From Gemmatimonadaceae bacterium (lineage in GTDB: Bacteria; Gemmatimonadota; Gemmatimonadetes; Gemmatimonadales; Gemmatimonadaceae): DNA of 53,534 bases. Below the pieces are notes generated by a model. It saw nothing but the letters and a program-made list of their open reading frames with translations, made no database searches and was not told where the DNA came from. The stretch lies in NCBI GenBank assembly GCA_033763905.1, contig JANRJP010000029.1:1-53534 (forward strand). The letters run 5' to 3'. Positions within the stretch are counted from its first letter, which is position 1. Each line of letters begins with the position of its first letter. Positions 23,292-36,027 of this stretch are shown here, one piece after another. The translations under genes were made by a program, and so were the position numbers.

Positions 23292-23846
23292 TCAGACCTC
23301 GAGCAGTTCGGCTTCCTTCGCCTTGGTCATCGTGTCGAGCTTCGCCACGACGTCATCGTGCGCCTTCTGCAGGTCCTTCTCGGCGTGCTTGACGTCGTCC
23401 TCGGACACGCCGGCGAGCTTCTTGAGTGCGTCGCGCCCGTGGGTGCGGGCGTGGCGCACGGCCACCTTCCCTTCCTCGGTGTACTTGTGAATCTGCTTCA
23501 CAAGCTCCTTGCGGCGCTCCTCGTTCAACGCCGGCAGCGGCACACGAATGACGCCGCCCATATTCGACGGATCCAGGCCGAGCCCGCTCTCGCGGATGCC
23601 CTTCTCGATCGCCTTGGCGTTGCCCTTGTCGAACGGCGTCACGAGCAGCAGGCGGGGCTCCGGCGCCGCAACCGTGGCGACCTGGTTGAGCGGCATGAAG
23701 TTGCCGTAGGCCTCGACCTTGACCGTGTCGAGCATCGTCGGGGACGCCTTGCCGGCGCGGATGCCGCTGAACTCCTTGCGGGTGTTCTCGATCGCCTTCT
23801 CCATCGAGGCGCGGGCGTCCTTCAAAATGGCGGGAATCGTGCTCAT
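23292..23846 (-). CDS. frr: Ribosome recycling factor
   Basis: IRAGKASP, PLNQVATV, LNEERRKEL..K. Confidence 0.96.
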   Translation of the reverse strand: MSTIPAILKDARASMEKAIENTRKEFSGIRAGKASPTMLDTVKVEAYGNFMPLNQVATVAAPEPRLLLVTPFDKGNAKAIEKGIRESGLGLDPSNMGGVIRVPLPALNEERRKELVKQIHKYTEEGKVAVRHARTHGRDALKKLAGVSEDDVKHAEKDLQKAHDDVVAKLDTMTKAKEAELLEV

Positions 23847-23871
23847 CAGCGTACTCGTCGCGTGAAGAAGG

Positions 23872-24615
23872 TCAGGAAACGAGGGTGCCGATCTGCTCGC
23901 CGCGCAAGGCGGCGGCGATCGCACCGGGCTTGTGGATGTTCAACACGATCACCGGCAGCGAGTTCTCCTTGCAGAGCGTGATGGCGGTCTGGTCCATCAC
24001 CTTGAGTTCGTCGCCGATGACTTCCTTGTAGCTGATCGTCTGGTAGAACTTGGCATCCGGATTCGTGCGCGGGTCGGCGGAATAGATGCCGTCCACGCCG
24101 GTAGCCTTCACGATCACGTCGGCCTTGATCTGGATGGCGCGCAACACGGCGGCCGTATCGGTGGAGAAGTACGGATTGCCGGTGCCCGCGGCGAAGATGC
24201 ACACGCGCCCCTTCTCGAAGTGGCGCATCGCGCGACGACGGATGTAGGGCTCCGCGAGCTCTTCCATCCGGATCGCGGTCATCACGCGGGTGTCGATCCC
24301 GCGCCGCTCGAGAATGTCCTGGACCGCCATCGCGTTGATGACGGTGCCGAGCATCCCCATATAGTCGGCGGTCACGCGGTCCACGCCCAACTTGGCGAGC
24401 TGTGTGCCGCGAATGATGTTGCCGCCGCCGATGACCAACCCGACGCCGACGCCGAGGGCGATCACCTGCTGCAGTTCCTCGGCCAGTCGGCCGATGGTAT
24501 CGAAGTCGAAGCCGAACTTCGACTCGCCCGCCAGGGCCTCCCCGGAAATCTTGAGGAGGACCCGGCGGTACTTCACGTCGGCATGAGGGGCCACCGCGCG
24601 ATACGAGCCGCTCAT
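23872..24615 (-). CDS. pyrH: UMP kinase
   Basis: RVLLKISGEAL, GGGNI.RG, DYMGML.TVIN, GTGNPYFSTD. Confidence 0.97.
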   Translation of the reverse strand: MSGSYRAVAPHADVKYRRVLLKISGEALAGESKFGFDFDTIGRLAEELQQVIALGVGVGLVIGGGNIIRGTQLAKLGVDRVTADYMGMLGTVINAMAVQDILERRGIDTRVMTAIRMEELAEPYIRRRAMRHFEKGRVCIFAAGTGNPYFSTDTAAVLRAIQIKADVIVKATGVDGIYSADPRTNPDAKFYQTISYKEVIGDELKVMDQTAITLCKENSLPVIVLNIHKPGAIAAALRGEQIGTLVS

Positions 24616-24619
24616 CGCG

Positions 24620-25498
24620 TTACTCGACGCCGAGCTGGACGCGCGCGAACCGCGCGACCGACAGACCGGCGCCGGTGCTCTTCACCAGCTGCGCGATCGT
24701 CTGCTTGTCATCACGCACCCAGGGCTGCTCGGTGAGCGTGACTTCGGCGTAGTACTTGTTGACGCGGCCTTCGACCATCTTCTCGACGATGTTCGCCGGC
24801 TTGCCGCTCTCGGCGGCCTGCTCGGCGGCGATGCGCCGCTCGGACTCGACCTTGTCGGCCGGAATGCGGTCACGGCTCACCGCGAGCGCCACCGCCGGCA
24901 CGCCGGCGGCGAGGTGCTCGGCGATGTACTTCGCGAGCTCGACGGCCTTCTCGTCGCTGCCGCCGTCGACCTGCACGAGCGCGCCAACCTTGCCGTTGTG
25001 GTGCACGTACGAGCCGAGCGCGCCGGTCGTCGTGAAGCGCGCCACCGTCTTGAGCAGCACGTTCTCGCCGGTCTTGGCGCCTTCCCCCTTCACGACGGTG
25101 CCGACCGTTTCGCTGCCCCACTTGGTGTCGAGGTAGCCGCCCTCGGCGCCGACCTTCTGCACGCCATTGAGCGCGGTGTCGTTCAGCACGAAGTCGGCGA
25201 CCTTCTTCGCGAGGGCGACGAAATCGTCATTGCGCGCGACGAAGTCGGTTTCGCAGGCGAGCTCGATCAAGGCGCCGGTCTTGCCGTCGGCCGTGATCTG
25301 CGCGATGACGAGGCCTTCCGCCGCGGCGCGACCGGTGCGGGTGCCGGCCTTGGCGATGCCCTTCGCGCGGAGGTACTCCATCGCCTTGGCGACGTCGCCG
25401 CCGGTCTCCTCGAGGGCCTTCTTGCAGTCACCGATGCCGGCGCCGCTCTTCTCGCGGAGCTCGGCAATGAGCTTGGTCGTGATCGTCATCGTAGTCAT
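24620..25498 (-). CDS. tsf: Translation elongation factor Ts
   Basis: LREKSGAG..DCKKAL, ELACETDFVARN, GKPANIVEKMVEGR. Confidence 0.97.
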   Translation of the reverse strand: MTTMTITTKLIAELREKSGAGIGDCKKALEETGGDVAKAMEYLRAKGIAKAGTRTGRAAAEGLVIAQITADGKTGALIELACETDFVARNDDFVALAKKVADFVLNDTALNGVQKVGAEGGYLDTKWGSETVGTVVKGEGAKTGENVLLKTVARFTTTGALGSYVHHNGKVGALVQVDGGSDEKAVELAKYIAEHLAAGVPAVALAVSRDRIPADKVESERRIAAEQAAESGKPANIVEKMVEGRVNKYYAEVTLTEQPWVRDDKQTIAQLVKSTGAGLSVARFARVQLGVE

Positions 25499-25547
25499 CT
25501 CAGAAATCCGGACGCATCCGGTGAAGTAACGGGAGTGTTGCGTACGA

Positions 25548-25574
25548 ACGCCGCCGGCAGTGAGCCGGCGGCGT
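25548..25574 (-). terminator. Hairpin between rpsB and tsf (attenuator-like)
   Basis: Perfect 11-bp stem ACGCCGCCGGC/GCCGGCGGCGT, 5-nt loop, weak U-tract. Confidence 0.55.
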
Positions 25575-25618
25575 CGCGAGAATCGAACCGGACGATCGGA
25601 CGATCGTCCGGGCGTGAC

Positions 25619-26560
25619 TCACTCGGCCGCCGAGCCGCCGTCGGCCGGGGCGTCGTTCTTCAAGCGGGCCGCAATGGCCGCCGGGTTCGCGCGGCGACGC
25701 GGACGGCCACCGCCGCCCTGTCCGCCACGACCACCACCCGGGCCGCCACGACCGCCACCCTGGCCGCCGCGCCCGCCACCGCCGCCGCCACGACGACGAT
25801 CGTCATCGGCCGACTCGCTGCCGCGGTCGCTCGAGTACACCGTCGCTTCGGTGTCATCGACCTCGGCGCGCGCCGGGGCTTCCTTGCGGGCTTCGGCGAT
25901 CGCATCGGCAATGGCGCCGGTGATCAACTCGACCGAGCGGATCGCGTCGTCGTTGCCGGCGATCGGCACCGTGATGAGATCCGGATCCGAGTTCGTATCG
26001 CAGATCGCGACGATCGGGATGCCCAGCTTGTTGGCCTCGCTGACCGCGATGCGCTCCTTCTTCGAGTCGACGACGAACATCAACCCGGGCAGGCGGCGCA
26101 TGATCTTGATGCCTTCGAGGTTCTTGCTCAGCTTCTCGCGCTGACGGCCGAGGAGGAGCTGCTCCTTCTTGGTGTACTGCTCGAAGGTGCCGGTTTCGAC
26201 GCCCGCCTCGAGTTCCTGCAGGCGGCGGAGCTGACGCTTCACCGTCGCGAAGTTCGTGAGCAGGCCACCGAGCCAACGCTCGGTGATGTAGTACGAGCCC
26301 GAGCGCTCCGCCTGCTCCTTCACGAGCGACGAGAGCTGCTGCTTGGTGCAGACGAACAGGACCTGCTCGCCGCGCATCACGACTTCGCGCACGAGCTGCT
26401 GCGCGAGTTCGAGCTGGCGGACCGTCTTCTGCAGGTCGATGATGTGGATCCCGTTGCGCTCCGCGAAGATGAAGCGGCGCATCTTGGGGTTCCAGCGGCG
26501 CGTCTGGTGTCCGAAGTGGACGCCAGCGGCGAGGAGGGATTCGAGCGTGGGCTGCGGCAT
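25619..26560 (-). CDS. rpsB: 30S ribosomal protein S2 with Gly/Arg-rich C-terminal extension
   Basis: LLAAGVHFGHQT.RWNPKM, RWLGGLLTNF, DTNSDP, GNDDAIRS. Confidence 0.98.
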   Translation of the reverse strand: MPQPTLESLLAAGVHFGHQTRRWNPKMRRFIFAERNGIHIIDLQKTVRQLELAQQLVREVVMRGEQVLFVCTKQQLSSLVKEQAERSGSYYITERWLGGLLTNFATVKRQLRRLQELEAGVETGTFEQYTKKEQLLLGRQREKLSKNLEGIKIMRRLPGLMFVVDSKKERIAVSEANKLGIPIVAICDTNSDPDLITVPIAGNDDAIRSVELITGAIADAIAEARKEAPARAEVDDTEATVYSSDRGSESADDDRRRGGGGGGRGGQGGGRGGPGGGRGGQGGGGRPRRRANPAAIAARLKNDAPADGGSAAE

Positions 26561-26598
26561 TGGAGAATCGTCGTGGGTTGATCGTCGGCGACCGTCGG

Positions 26599-26665
26599 CG
26601 GGGGATGTGGCCGATGTCGTCGGACGACGACATCGGCACCCACAGCCCCCTCAGGCCGCCTGAGG
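26599..26665 (-). promoter_or_regulatory. Structured rpsI-rpsB intergenic leader (candidate S2 autoregulatory element)
   Basis: 12-bp stem GCCGATGTCGTC/GACGACATCGGC extended by GGGGG.TGTGG/CCACA.CCCCC; overlapping CCCTCAG/CTGAGGG hairpin. Confidence 0.5.
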
Positions 26666-26676
26666 GATAGGCGCGA

Positions 26677-27066
26677 TTAGCGCTTGGAGAACTGGAACTT
26701 CTTGCGCGCGCCCGGGCGGCCCGGCTTCTTGCGCTCGACCGAGCGCGAGTCGCGGGTCAGGAGGCCCAGATCACGCAACTTGCCGCGATGCGCTTCGTCG
26801 ATCTTGACGAGGGCACGCGACACCGCGAGGCGGAGCGCACCGGCCTGACCGGTCGTGCCGCCCCCTTCCACGATCGCCCGCACGTCGTACTTGCCGACGT
26901 TGTCGGTCGCCGCGAAGGGCTGCTGAATCGCCGTCACGAGGGACGGACGCGGGAAGTAATCGCCCAAGGTGCGGCCATTGACGTCCCACTTGCCGGAACC
27001 GGCCTTCACGTACACACGGCAGACGGCTTCCTTGCGGCGGCCGATGGTATGGATCACGGTCTCCAC
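26677..27066 (-). CDS. rpsI: 30S ribosomal protein S9
   Basis: GRRKEA, GGG.TGQAGA, LLTRD.R.VERKKPG...ARKKFQFSKR. Confidence 0.98.
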   Translation of the reverse strand: METVIHTIGRRKEAVCRVYVKAGSGKWDVNGRTLGDYFPRPSLVTAIQQPFAATDNVGKYDVRAIVEGGGTTGQAGALRLAVSRALVKIDEAHRGKLRDLGLLTRDSRSVERKKPGRPGARKKFQFSKR

Positions 27067-27070
27067 AGGG

Positions 27071-27517
27071 TTACGCCTCCTGCTTGGTGAAGGTGAGCGG
27101 CTTCGGCTGCTGGGCGACGTGCGGATGATCCCCGCCGCCGTAGACCTTGAGCTTGAGGCGGATCTTCTGCCGCGCGAGCGAGTTCTTCGGCAGCATCCCG
27201 AAGACCGCCTTTTCGATGACGCGCTCCGGATGCTTCGCGATCATCGTGGCGAACGGCGTGTACTTCTCGTGACCCATATAGCCGGTATGACGGAAGTACT
27301 CCTTCTGCTCCGCCTTGCGGCCGGTCACCTTGACCTTGCTCGCGTTGATCACGATCACGTGATCGCCGGTGTCCATATGGGGCGTGAACATCGGCTTGTG
27401 CTTGCCGCGAAGGACCTTCGCGACTTCGGCCGCCAAGCGACCGAGGACCATCCCTTCGGCATCCACCACGAACCAGTCGGCGTGGATGTCCGCGGGGGTC
27501 GCGGAATACGTCTTCAT
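27071..27517 (-). CDS. rplM: 50S ribosomal protein L13
   Basis: W.VVDA.G..LGRLA..VA..LRGKHKP.FTPH.D.GD, GMLPKN. Confidence 0.98.
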   Translation of the reverse strand: MKTYSATPADIHADWFVVDAEGMVLGRLAAEVAKVLRGKHKPMFTPHMDTGDHVIVINASKVKVTGRKAEQKEYFRHTGYMGHEKYTPFATMIAKHPERVIEKAVFGMLPKNSLARQKIRLKLKVYGGGDHPHVAQQPKPLTFTKQEA

Positions 27518-27599
27518 TGCTGCGTGTCCTGCTGAGGTGTCGCCTCACCGGTGCGGAATGCAACCCGGGTCTAGGCCGCCCGTTTTGGGGCAGACCCGC

Positions 27600-27628
27600 A
27601 AGTTATCGGGGTCGGACCCGCAGGTCAA
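27600..27628 (-). promoter_or_regulatory. Sigma70 promoter of rplM-rpsI
   Basis: TTGACC-N17-TAACTT. Confidence 0.75.
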
Positions 27629-27669
27629 TTCGGCAGGTCGGCCCGCCGCCGCGCGGCCGCCACACCGCC

Positions 27670-28167
27670 TCAGGCCAATTCGACCAGCACCGTGCCCTTC
27701 TCGACCGCCTGCCCCGGGGTCACCAGAATCGCCTTGACCGTACCTGCCGCCGCCGCCTTGAGCTCGTTCTCCATCTTCATCGCTTCCATCGCGACCAGCC
27801 CCTGCCCCGCCGCCACCACGTCGCCGACGGCCACGTGCAGGCGGACAATCAGACCCGGCATCGGGGCCACCAGCGGCGCCGGTCCCTGCGGGCCAGACGC
27901 CTGTTGCAGTTGCTGAATCGCCCGTTGCCGTTCGTCGAGGGCCTCGGCGCGGACCGTCCAGCCATCCACCGTCACGCGATACGTGCCGCGCGCCGTTTCT
28001 CGCCGTGCGAGGACGCGATGCACCTCGTCGCCGACCGCCACCAGCCGGACCGGTGTGCCCGGTACCTCACGCAATGCCGCCGGCATCGTCCGCCCATCGA
28101 CGGTCACCGTCTCTCCGTCGAGCACGACCTCGATGAGCCGGTCGCCCACCTGAACCTGGTACTTCAT
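27670..28167 (-). CDS. Biotin carboxyl carrier protein of an acyl-CoA carboxylase
   Basis: APMPG, EAMKMENE biotinylation motif. Confidence 0.93.
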   Translation of the reverse strand: MKYQVQVGDRLIEVVLDGETVTVDGRTMPAALREVPGTPVRLVAVGDEVHRVLARRETARGTYRVTVDGWTVRAEALDERQRAIQQLQQASGPQGPAPLVAPMPGLIVRLHVAVGDVVAAGQGLVAMEAMKMENELKAAAAGTVKAILVTPGQAVEKGTVLVELA

Positions 28168-29434
28168 TCCGCCTCCGGGACGAGCTCGCAGACCGTCTCA
28201 ACGTGCGCGGTCTGTGGGAACAGATCGAAACAGGTCACGTGCGACACGCGCCAGCCGGGCAGCCGTGCGACGTCGCGCGCCAGGGTGGCGGGGTCGCAAC
28301 TCACGTACACGATCGCCGACGGGCGCGGACGTGCCGCCGCGAGCGTCGCGGTGACCGTCGCGTCGAGCCCCGCGCGCGGCGGATTGACCAGCACGACATC
28401 GGCCGGCAAGGCCGAGGCGAGGGCACGCTCCACGGTGTCGGCCACGGCGCGCGAGCGCGGCCCGAGCCGCGTCGCGGCATACTCGGCGGCGTCGCGATCC
28501 GCCTCGATCGCGGTGACCCGCACGCCGGCGCGATCGAGCGCCACCGCGGTGTCGCCCGCGCCCGCGTACGCATCGACCACCGCCCGCGGGCGATACGCCT
28601 GCACACGCTCGACGACGTAGCGCGCCATCCCATCGGCCATCGCGGGATTGACCTGGACGAACGAGGCGCCGGGTTCCGAACTCGAACGCCGATCGACGAG
28701 CAGGCGTCGACGCCCCTGGTCAGGCACCCACCAAATGGCCTGCACCGCTGGAACGGCCTCGGCGAGCGACTCGGGCGACGCCCACACGCTGCCACCCTCC
28801 ACGACGACCGCGACGCCCTCACCCAGCGTGCGCACGGCCACCCGCAGTTCCGGGGCGTCGGGCAGATGCGCCGCCGCGTCCAAGAGCTGTCGCCACGCGG
28901 CCACGACCTGCGGGTTCGTGATCGGGCAGTCCTGCAGGGGGAACACCGTGTCCGGCGCGTCGTACGCGCGCAGCCCGGCGTGCCGTTGGCCTGCGGCGTC
29001 CTGTCGCACCGCCAAGGTCAACTTCTGGCGGTACCGCCACGGCGACGACGCGACGTGCACCGTCGGCACGTGGATCTCGCGCTTGGCGATCCGCAGGAAC
29101 GCGTCCGACACCATCGCGCCCTTGGCGTGGACCTGCGCCTCGTACGTCAGGTGCTGCAACTGACAGCCGCCGCAATCCTGATGCACGTAGTGCGGACACG
29201 TCGGCGCGACCCGCGCGGCCGACCGCTCGACGACGCGCACCAGCCGCGCGCGCGCAAAGCGCGCCTTGGGCGCCTGCGCGACATCAGCTTCGATCAGGTC
29301 ACCCGGCGCCGTGCGCGGCACGAAGACCACCAGCCCGTCCAGCCGAGCGACACCGTCGCCGCCTGCCGCCAGTCGCTCGATGCGCAGCGTGCGCCGCAAC
29401 GGCGGCAGTGCCGGGCGCTCAGGCGCCGTCCGTC

Positions 29435-29438
<4 letters not shown>
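28164..29438 (-). CDS. RlmD/TrmA-family RNA (uracil-5)-methyltransferase with TRAM domain and 4Fe-4S motif
   Basis: CPHY....CGGC, FVQVN, DAYAGAG, NPPRAG, YVSCD, FPQTAHVE; GTG at 29438 overlaps the upstream stop. Confidence 0.9.
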
Positions 29439-32529
<3,091 letters not shown>

Positions 32530-32705
32530 AGGGCGGTAACGCTAGTCCTTTCGCGGGTGGAGTGCCAGAGATGTGACGCCCGCGCCGTGCACGCCCCCCG
32601 AGGCGGGTGGCGAATGGCCGGATGCTGGACACTTTTGGCCGCGGCACGCGGGTTGCACACGGTCAACCCGTGCGAATCCGCCCCGTCCGCCCCTTCCGCC
32701 AGCCG

Positions 32706-35300
32706 ATGGCGTGGCCGCTCAGCCAGCGACTGGCCATCGCGGCCGTGGCGGGCGGTCTGGTCCTCGCGATCGCGGGATTGATGGCGGCTCGCGCCGAGCA
32801 GCGCGCCGACATTCGCGCCGAGGCGTTGCTCCTCCTCGACCGATCGACCCGGGATGTCGTCCGCGCGCTCAGTGACGGCGAACGCCTGCTGCAGCGCCTC
32901 GCTCGGGACGCGGACGTCATCAACGGGACCCCAGACGCCTGCCGTATCGCGCTGGCGCGCGAGGCGGACGCGCAGTCCCAGTACAACAATCTCACGCGTA
33001 CACCGCCGTCAGGCGTGATCGACTGTGCCGGTCATCCGCTGCCACGTCGCCTCAGCGTCGGACACCTGCCGTCGTTCCAGCGTGCGTTGCGCACGCGCGC
33101 ATTCAGCATTGGCGACTTTCAGCGGAGCCAGGTGACCGGACGCACCGTGATGGTGCTTGCGCAGCCGGTGCTCGCTCCCGACGGTCGTGTGCGGCACGTC
33201 CTCGCCGCCTCGTTGCTGCTGTCCCACCTGGACTCGATCCTCGCCGCCGCGCCAATGCCGAGCGGCGCCTCGGTCTTCGCCTTCGACAGCACCAGTCGGG
33301 TGGTGATCAGCTCCAGCGCGGTCGATTTCTCCGTGACGCGCGACATTCTCGATCGGGCGATGCGGCTGACACCTCGAGATCCGGTGCTCGTGATCGAACC
33401 GGCCGCGGACACCGGGGTCATCTGGACCATTCAGCGGCTCCGTCCGTCCAGCGCGTCGCCGGTGTTCCTGGCCGTTCGCGCGCCGGTGTCGATCGCCCTG
33501 GCGCAGGCGCTGCAGCGGATGCGCTTCCGGCTCGGCGCGTTGCTGCTCGTCATCACGCTGGTCGTGATCGCCACGTATCGTGGCGCCCGGGTCCTGGTGC
33601 TCGATCCGTTGGCGAACCTGCGTGAAGGTATCAGCCGCATCGAGGCGGGAGACTTGGACGCGCGGGTGCCGACGGCGCTGGGGACACCCGAGTTCGATCA
33701 CCTCGGACGCGCCTTCAACGCGATGGCCGAGGCCGTGCACGCGCGAACCGCCGAGCTCAGCGCGCTCGTCGACCACTCGCCCGACGGCATCGCGCGGATC
33801 GCCACGGACGGCACGCTGCTCTACGCCAATCCGGCGCTCGCGCGACAGCTGCAGGTCGTGCACGGGAGCCTTGCGGTCGTGTCGATGGAGCGGGCGTTCC
33901 CGGAGCCGCTCGCGCGCGCGACGCGCTCGGCGATGCAGGCGGCAGGGACCGTGGGCAGTGGATCGGCGGCCAGCGTGGCGGCCGCGTCCGCGCAGCGCGC
34001 GGTCGACGTGACACTCCGCGACGGCGACCCGCCGACGATCGTCGATATTCGTGTCGTCGCGACGCGCGATGAAGACGGCTTGGTCTCGGCGTACCTGCTC
34101 ACCGCGCGCGATGTGAGTGTCGAGCGCCAGACGGCAGAGGCGCTGCGGCAGTCCCAGAAGCTCGACAGCATCGGACAACTGGCGGGTGGGATCGCCCACG
34201 ACTTCAACAACCTGCTCACCGGCATCGTCGGACACGCCGAGCTGGCGCTCGACGGACTTGAGCCCGGGCATCAAGCGTATGAGGACGTGCAGTCGCTCCG
34301 CGACGCCGCGCTGCGCTCGGCCGGAATGACGCGCCAGCTGCTGACCTTCGCACGACGTGACCCGGCGCGTTTGGAGCCGACGGATCTCAATGAGGTGGTG
34401 CGACGCGTGGCGGGGTTGCTGCGTCGCCTCATCGGCCCCGGCGTCGACCTGATGCTCGACGTACGCGAGGGCATCCCCGCCGCACACGCCGACGCGGGGC
34501 AGATCGAGCAAGTCCTCATCAACCTCGCGGTTAACGCCCGCGATGCGATGCCGAACGGCGGTACAGTCGTCATTCGTACCCGTCCGGCGAGCGTCGACGC
34601 GTCGAAGGCCGCGGCGCTTGGCCTGGCGATGCCTGGTCACTATCTGGCGATCGAGGTCGAGGACACGGGCACGGGTATGTCGAGCGAAGTGCTCTCGCGC
34701 ATCTTCGAGCCCCTCTTCACCACCAAGCCCGCCGGCCGCGGGACCGGACTCGGGTTGTCCACCTGCTACGGAATCGCCAGGGCCCACGGCGGCGCGTTGT
34801 CGGTGACCAGCGTGCTCGGCGTGGGCACGCGATTCACCCTGTTCGTGCAGACGGCTGCTGCGCACGATGTCATCGGCGGGAGCGCCGACGAGGCGCTCCC
34901 TGATCTGCGCGCCCACACTGGCACTCGCGTCTTGCTGGTTGAGGACGACGACGCCCTGCGGACGATGCTCGCCCGCGTCTTGCGCGGCAACGGCTACGAC
35001 GTGCTGGAAGCGGTGGATTGCGCGTCGGGCTTGGCGCTCGCCACGACGGGCGGCGTGCCGAGCTTCGATATCGTGATCAGCGACGTGCGCACGCCGCGGC
35101 TGACCGCGCGGGCCTTCAGTGAGCAGCTCGCACGCGCGCACCCGGAGCTCCCGCTGCTCTTCATCACCGGCCATCCGGACGACATCGAGCCGAACGGCAC
35201 GCTCGACGGCCGACCCGTGCTTGCCAAGCCGTTCACGTCGGTCCAGCTGCTCCACGCGGCGGCGCGTCTGTTGGAACCGAGCCTCGTCGCCAGCGTCTGA
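32706..35300 (+). CDS. Hybrid sensor kinase (TM, Cache-like, TM, HAMP, PAS, HisKA, HATPase, REC); start could be as early as 32607
   Basis: GQLAGGIAHDFNNLL, NLAVNARDAMP, DTGTGM, FTTK..GTGLGL, LLVEDD..SD..KPF. Confidence 0.93.
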   Translation: MAWPLSQRLAIAAVAGGLVLAIAGLMAARAEQRADIRAEALLLLDRSTRDVVRALSDGERLLQRLARDADVINGTPDACRIALAREADAQSQYNNLTRTPPSGVIDCAGHPLPRRLSVGHLPSFQRALRTRAFSIGDFQRSQVTGRTVMVLAQPVLAPDGRVRHVLAASLLLSHLDSILAAAPMPSGASVFAFDSTSRVVISSSAVDFSVTRDILDRAMRLTPRDPVLVIEPAADTGVIWTIQRLRPSSASPVFLAVRAPVSIALAQALQRMRFRLGALLLVITLVVIATYRGARVLVLDPLANLREGISRIEAGDLDARVPTALGTPEFDHLGRAFNAMAEAVHARTAELSALVDHSPDGIARIATDGTLLYANPALARQLQVVHGSLAVVSMERAFPEPLARATRSAMQAAGTVGSGSAASVAAASAQRAVDVTLRDGDPPTIVDIRVVATRDEDGLVSAYLLTARDVSVERQTAEALRQSQKLDSIGQLAGGIAHDFNNLLTGIVGHAELALDGLEPGHQAYEDVQSLRDAALRSAGMTRQLLTFARRDPARLEPTDLNEVVRRVAGLLRRLIGPGVDLMLDVREGIPAAHADAGQIEQVLINLAVNARDAMPNGGTVVIRTRPASVDASKAAALGLAMPGHYLAIEVEDTGTGMSSEVLSRIFEPLFTTKPAGRGTGLGLSTCYGIARAHGGALSVTSVLGVGTRFTLFVQTAAAHDVIGGSADEALPDLRAHTGTRVLLVEDDDALRTMLARVLRGNGYDVLEAVDCASGLALATTGGVPSFDIVISDVRTPRLTARAFSEQLARAHPELPLLFITGHPDDIEPNGTLDGRPVLAKPFTSVQLLHAAARLLEPSLVASV

Positions 35301-35874
35301 GCGTTGGCTGCAGGTCGCGGCGGTGCGCCCAGAGGACCAGCGCCGCAGCCCCCACCCCCGCGATCGTGATGGCGGCAGACTCGCCGAGCCACCAGCACAG
35401 GGGCAGCCAACAGACCATCGCGGTGACGCCGGCCCAGTGCAGGCGCCGCGTGCACGCGAGCGCAAGCAGCGTGGGGCCGAGCAGGTGCATCGACAGCCAA
35501 GGCGCGGCGGCAGGCACGGCGCCGATGAGCGTCGCAATGCCCTTTCCGCCGCGTCCGCGGAGCTGCAGCGGCCAGATGTGCCCGAGCACCACGGCAAACA
35601 TCGCGACGGCGCGGACGGCGACCGGCGCGTCGATCCACCGCGCGAGCCAGATCGCGAGGACGCCCTTCGCGGCGTCGAGCGCGAACACCAGGGCGAACCC
35701 CGGCGGCCCGAGCACGCGGCCCGCATTGGTGGCGCCCGCATTGCCACTGCCTAGATCGCGGATGTCCGCGCCGCGGGCCGCACGCACCACGTAGAACGCG
35801 GCGTTCACGCAGCCAAGGCAGTACGCCGCCGAGCCGACGGCGGCGAACTGGATAGAAACGGGCCAGTCGATCAC
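35233..35874 (-). CDS. plsY: Glycerol-3-phosphate acyltransferase PlsY-like (divergent C-terminus)
   Basis: DIR..GSGNAGATN..R, LDAAKG, GHIWP...GGKGIAT. Confidence 0.85.
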   Translation of the reverse strand: MIDWPVSIQFAAVGSAAYCLGCVNAAFYVVRAARGADIRDLGSGNAGATNAGRVLGPPGFALVFALDAAKGVLAIWLARWIDAPVAVRAVAMFAVVLGHIWPLQLRGRGGKGIATLIGAVPAAAPWLSMHLLGPTLLALACTRRLHWAGVTAMVCWLPLCWWLGESAAITIAGVGAAALVLWAHRRDLQPTLRRWRRGSVPTDAPPRGAAGPT

Positions 35875-36027
35875 GCGACGAAGCTAATGTCGAGCCCAAG
35901 TGACGGGTTTGCCTGCCACGTGACGATTACTGTAGCGAAAGCGCTCAAGTCAGTGGGCTGCGCACCGATACGAAAGGACGAGTCCCGCACGCTCTACGCC
36001 TCCACCCACTCGACTCCCCTGCCGCAT

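Noticed and set aside
35890..36027. Possible riboswitch upstream of the TonB-C gene (GAAA-containing hairpins)
   Set aside because: No recognisable cobalamin, TPP or c-di-GMP consensus by eye; would need an Infernal/Rfam scan.
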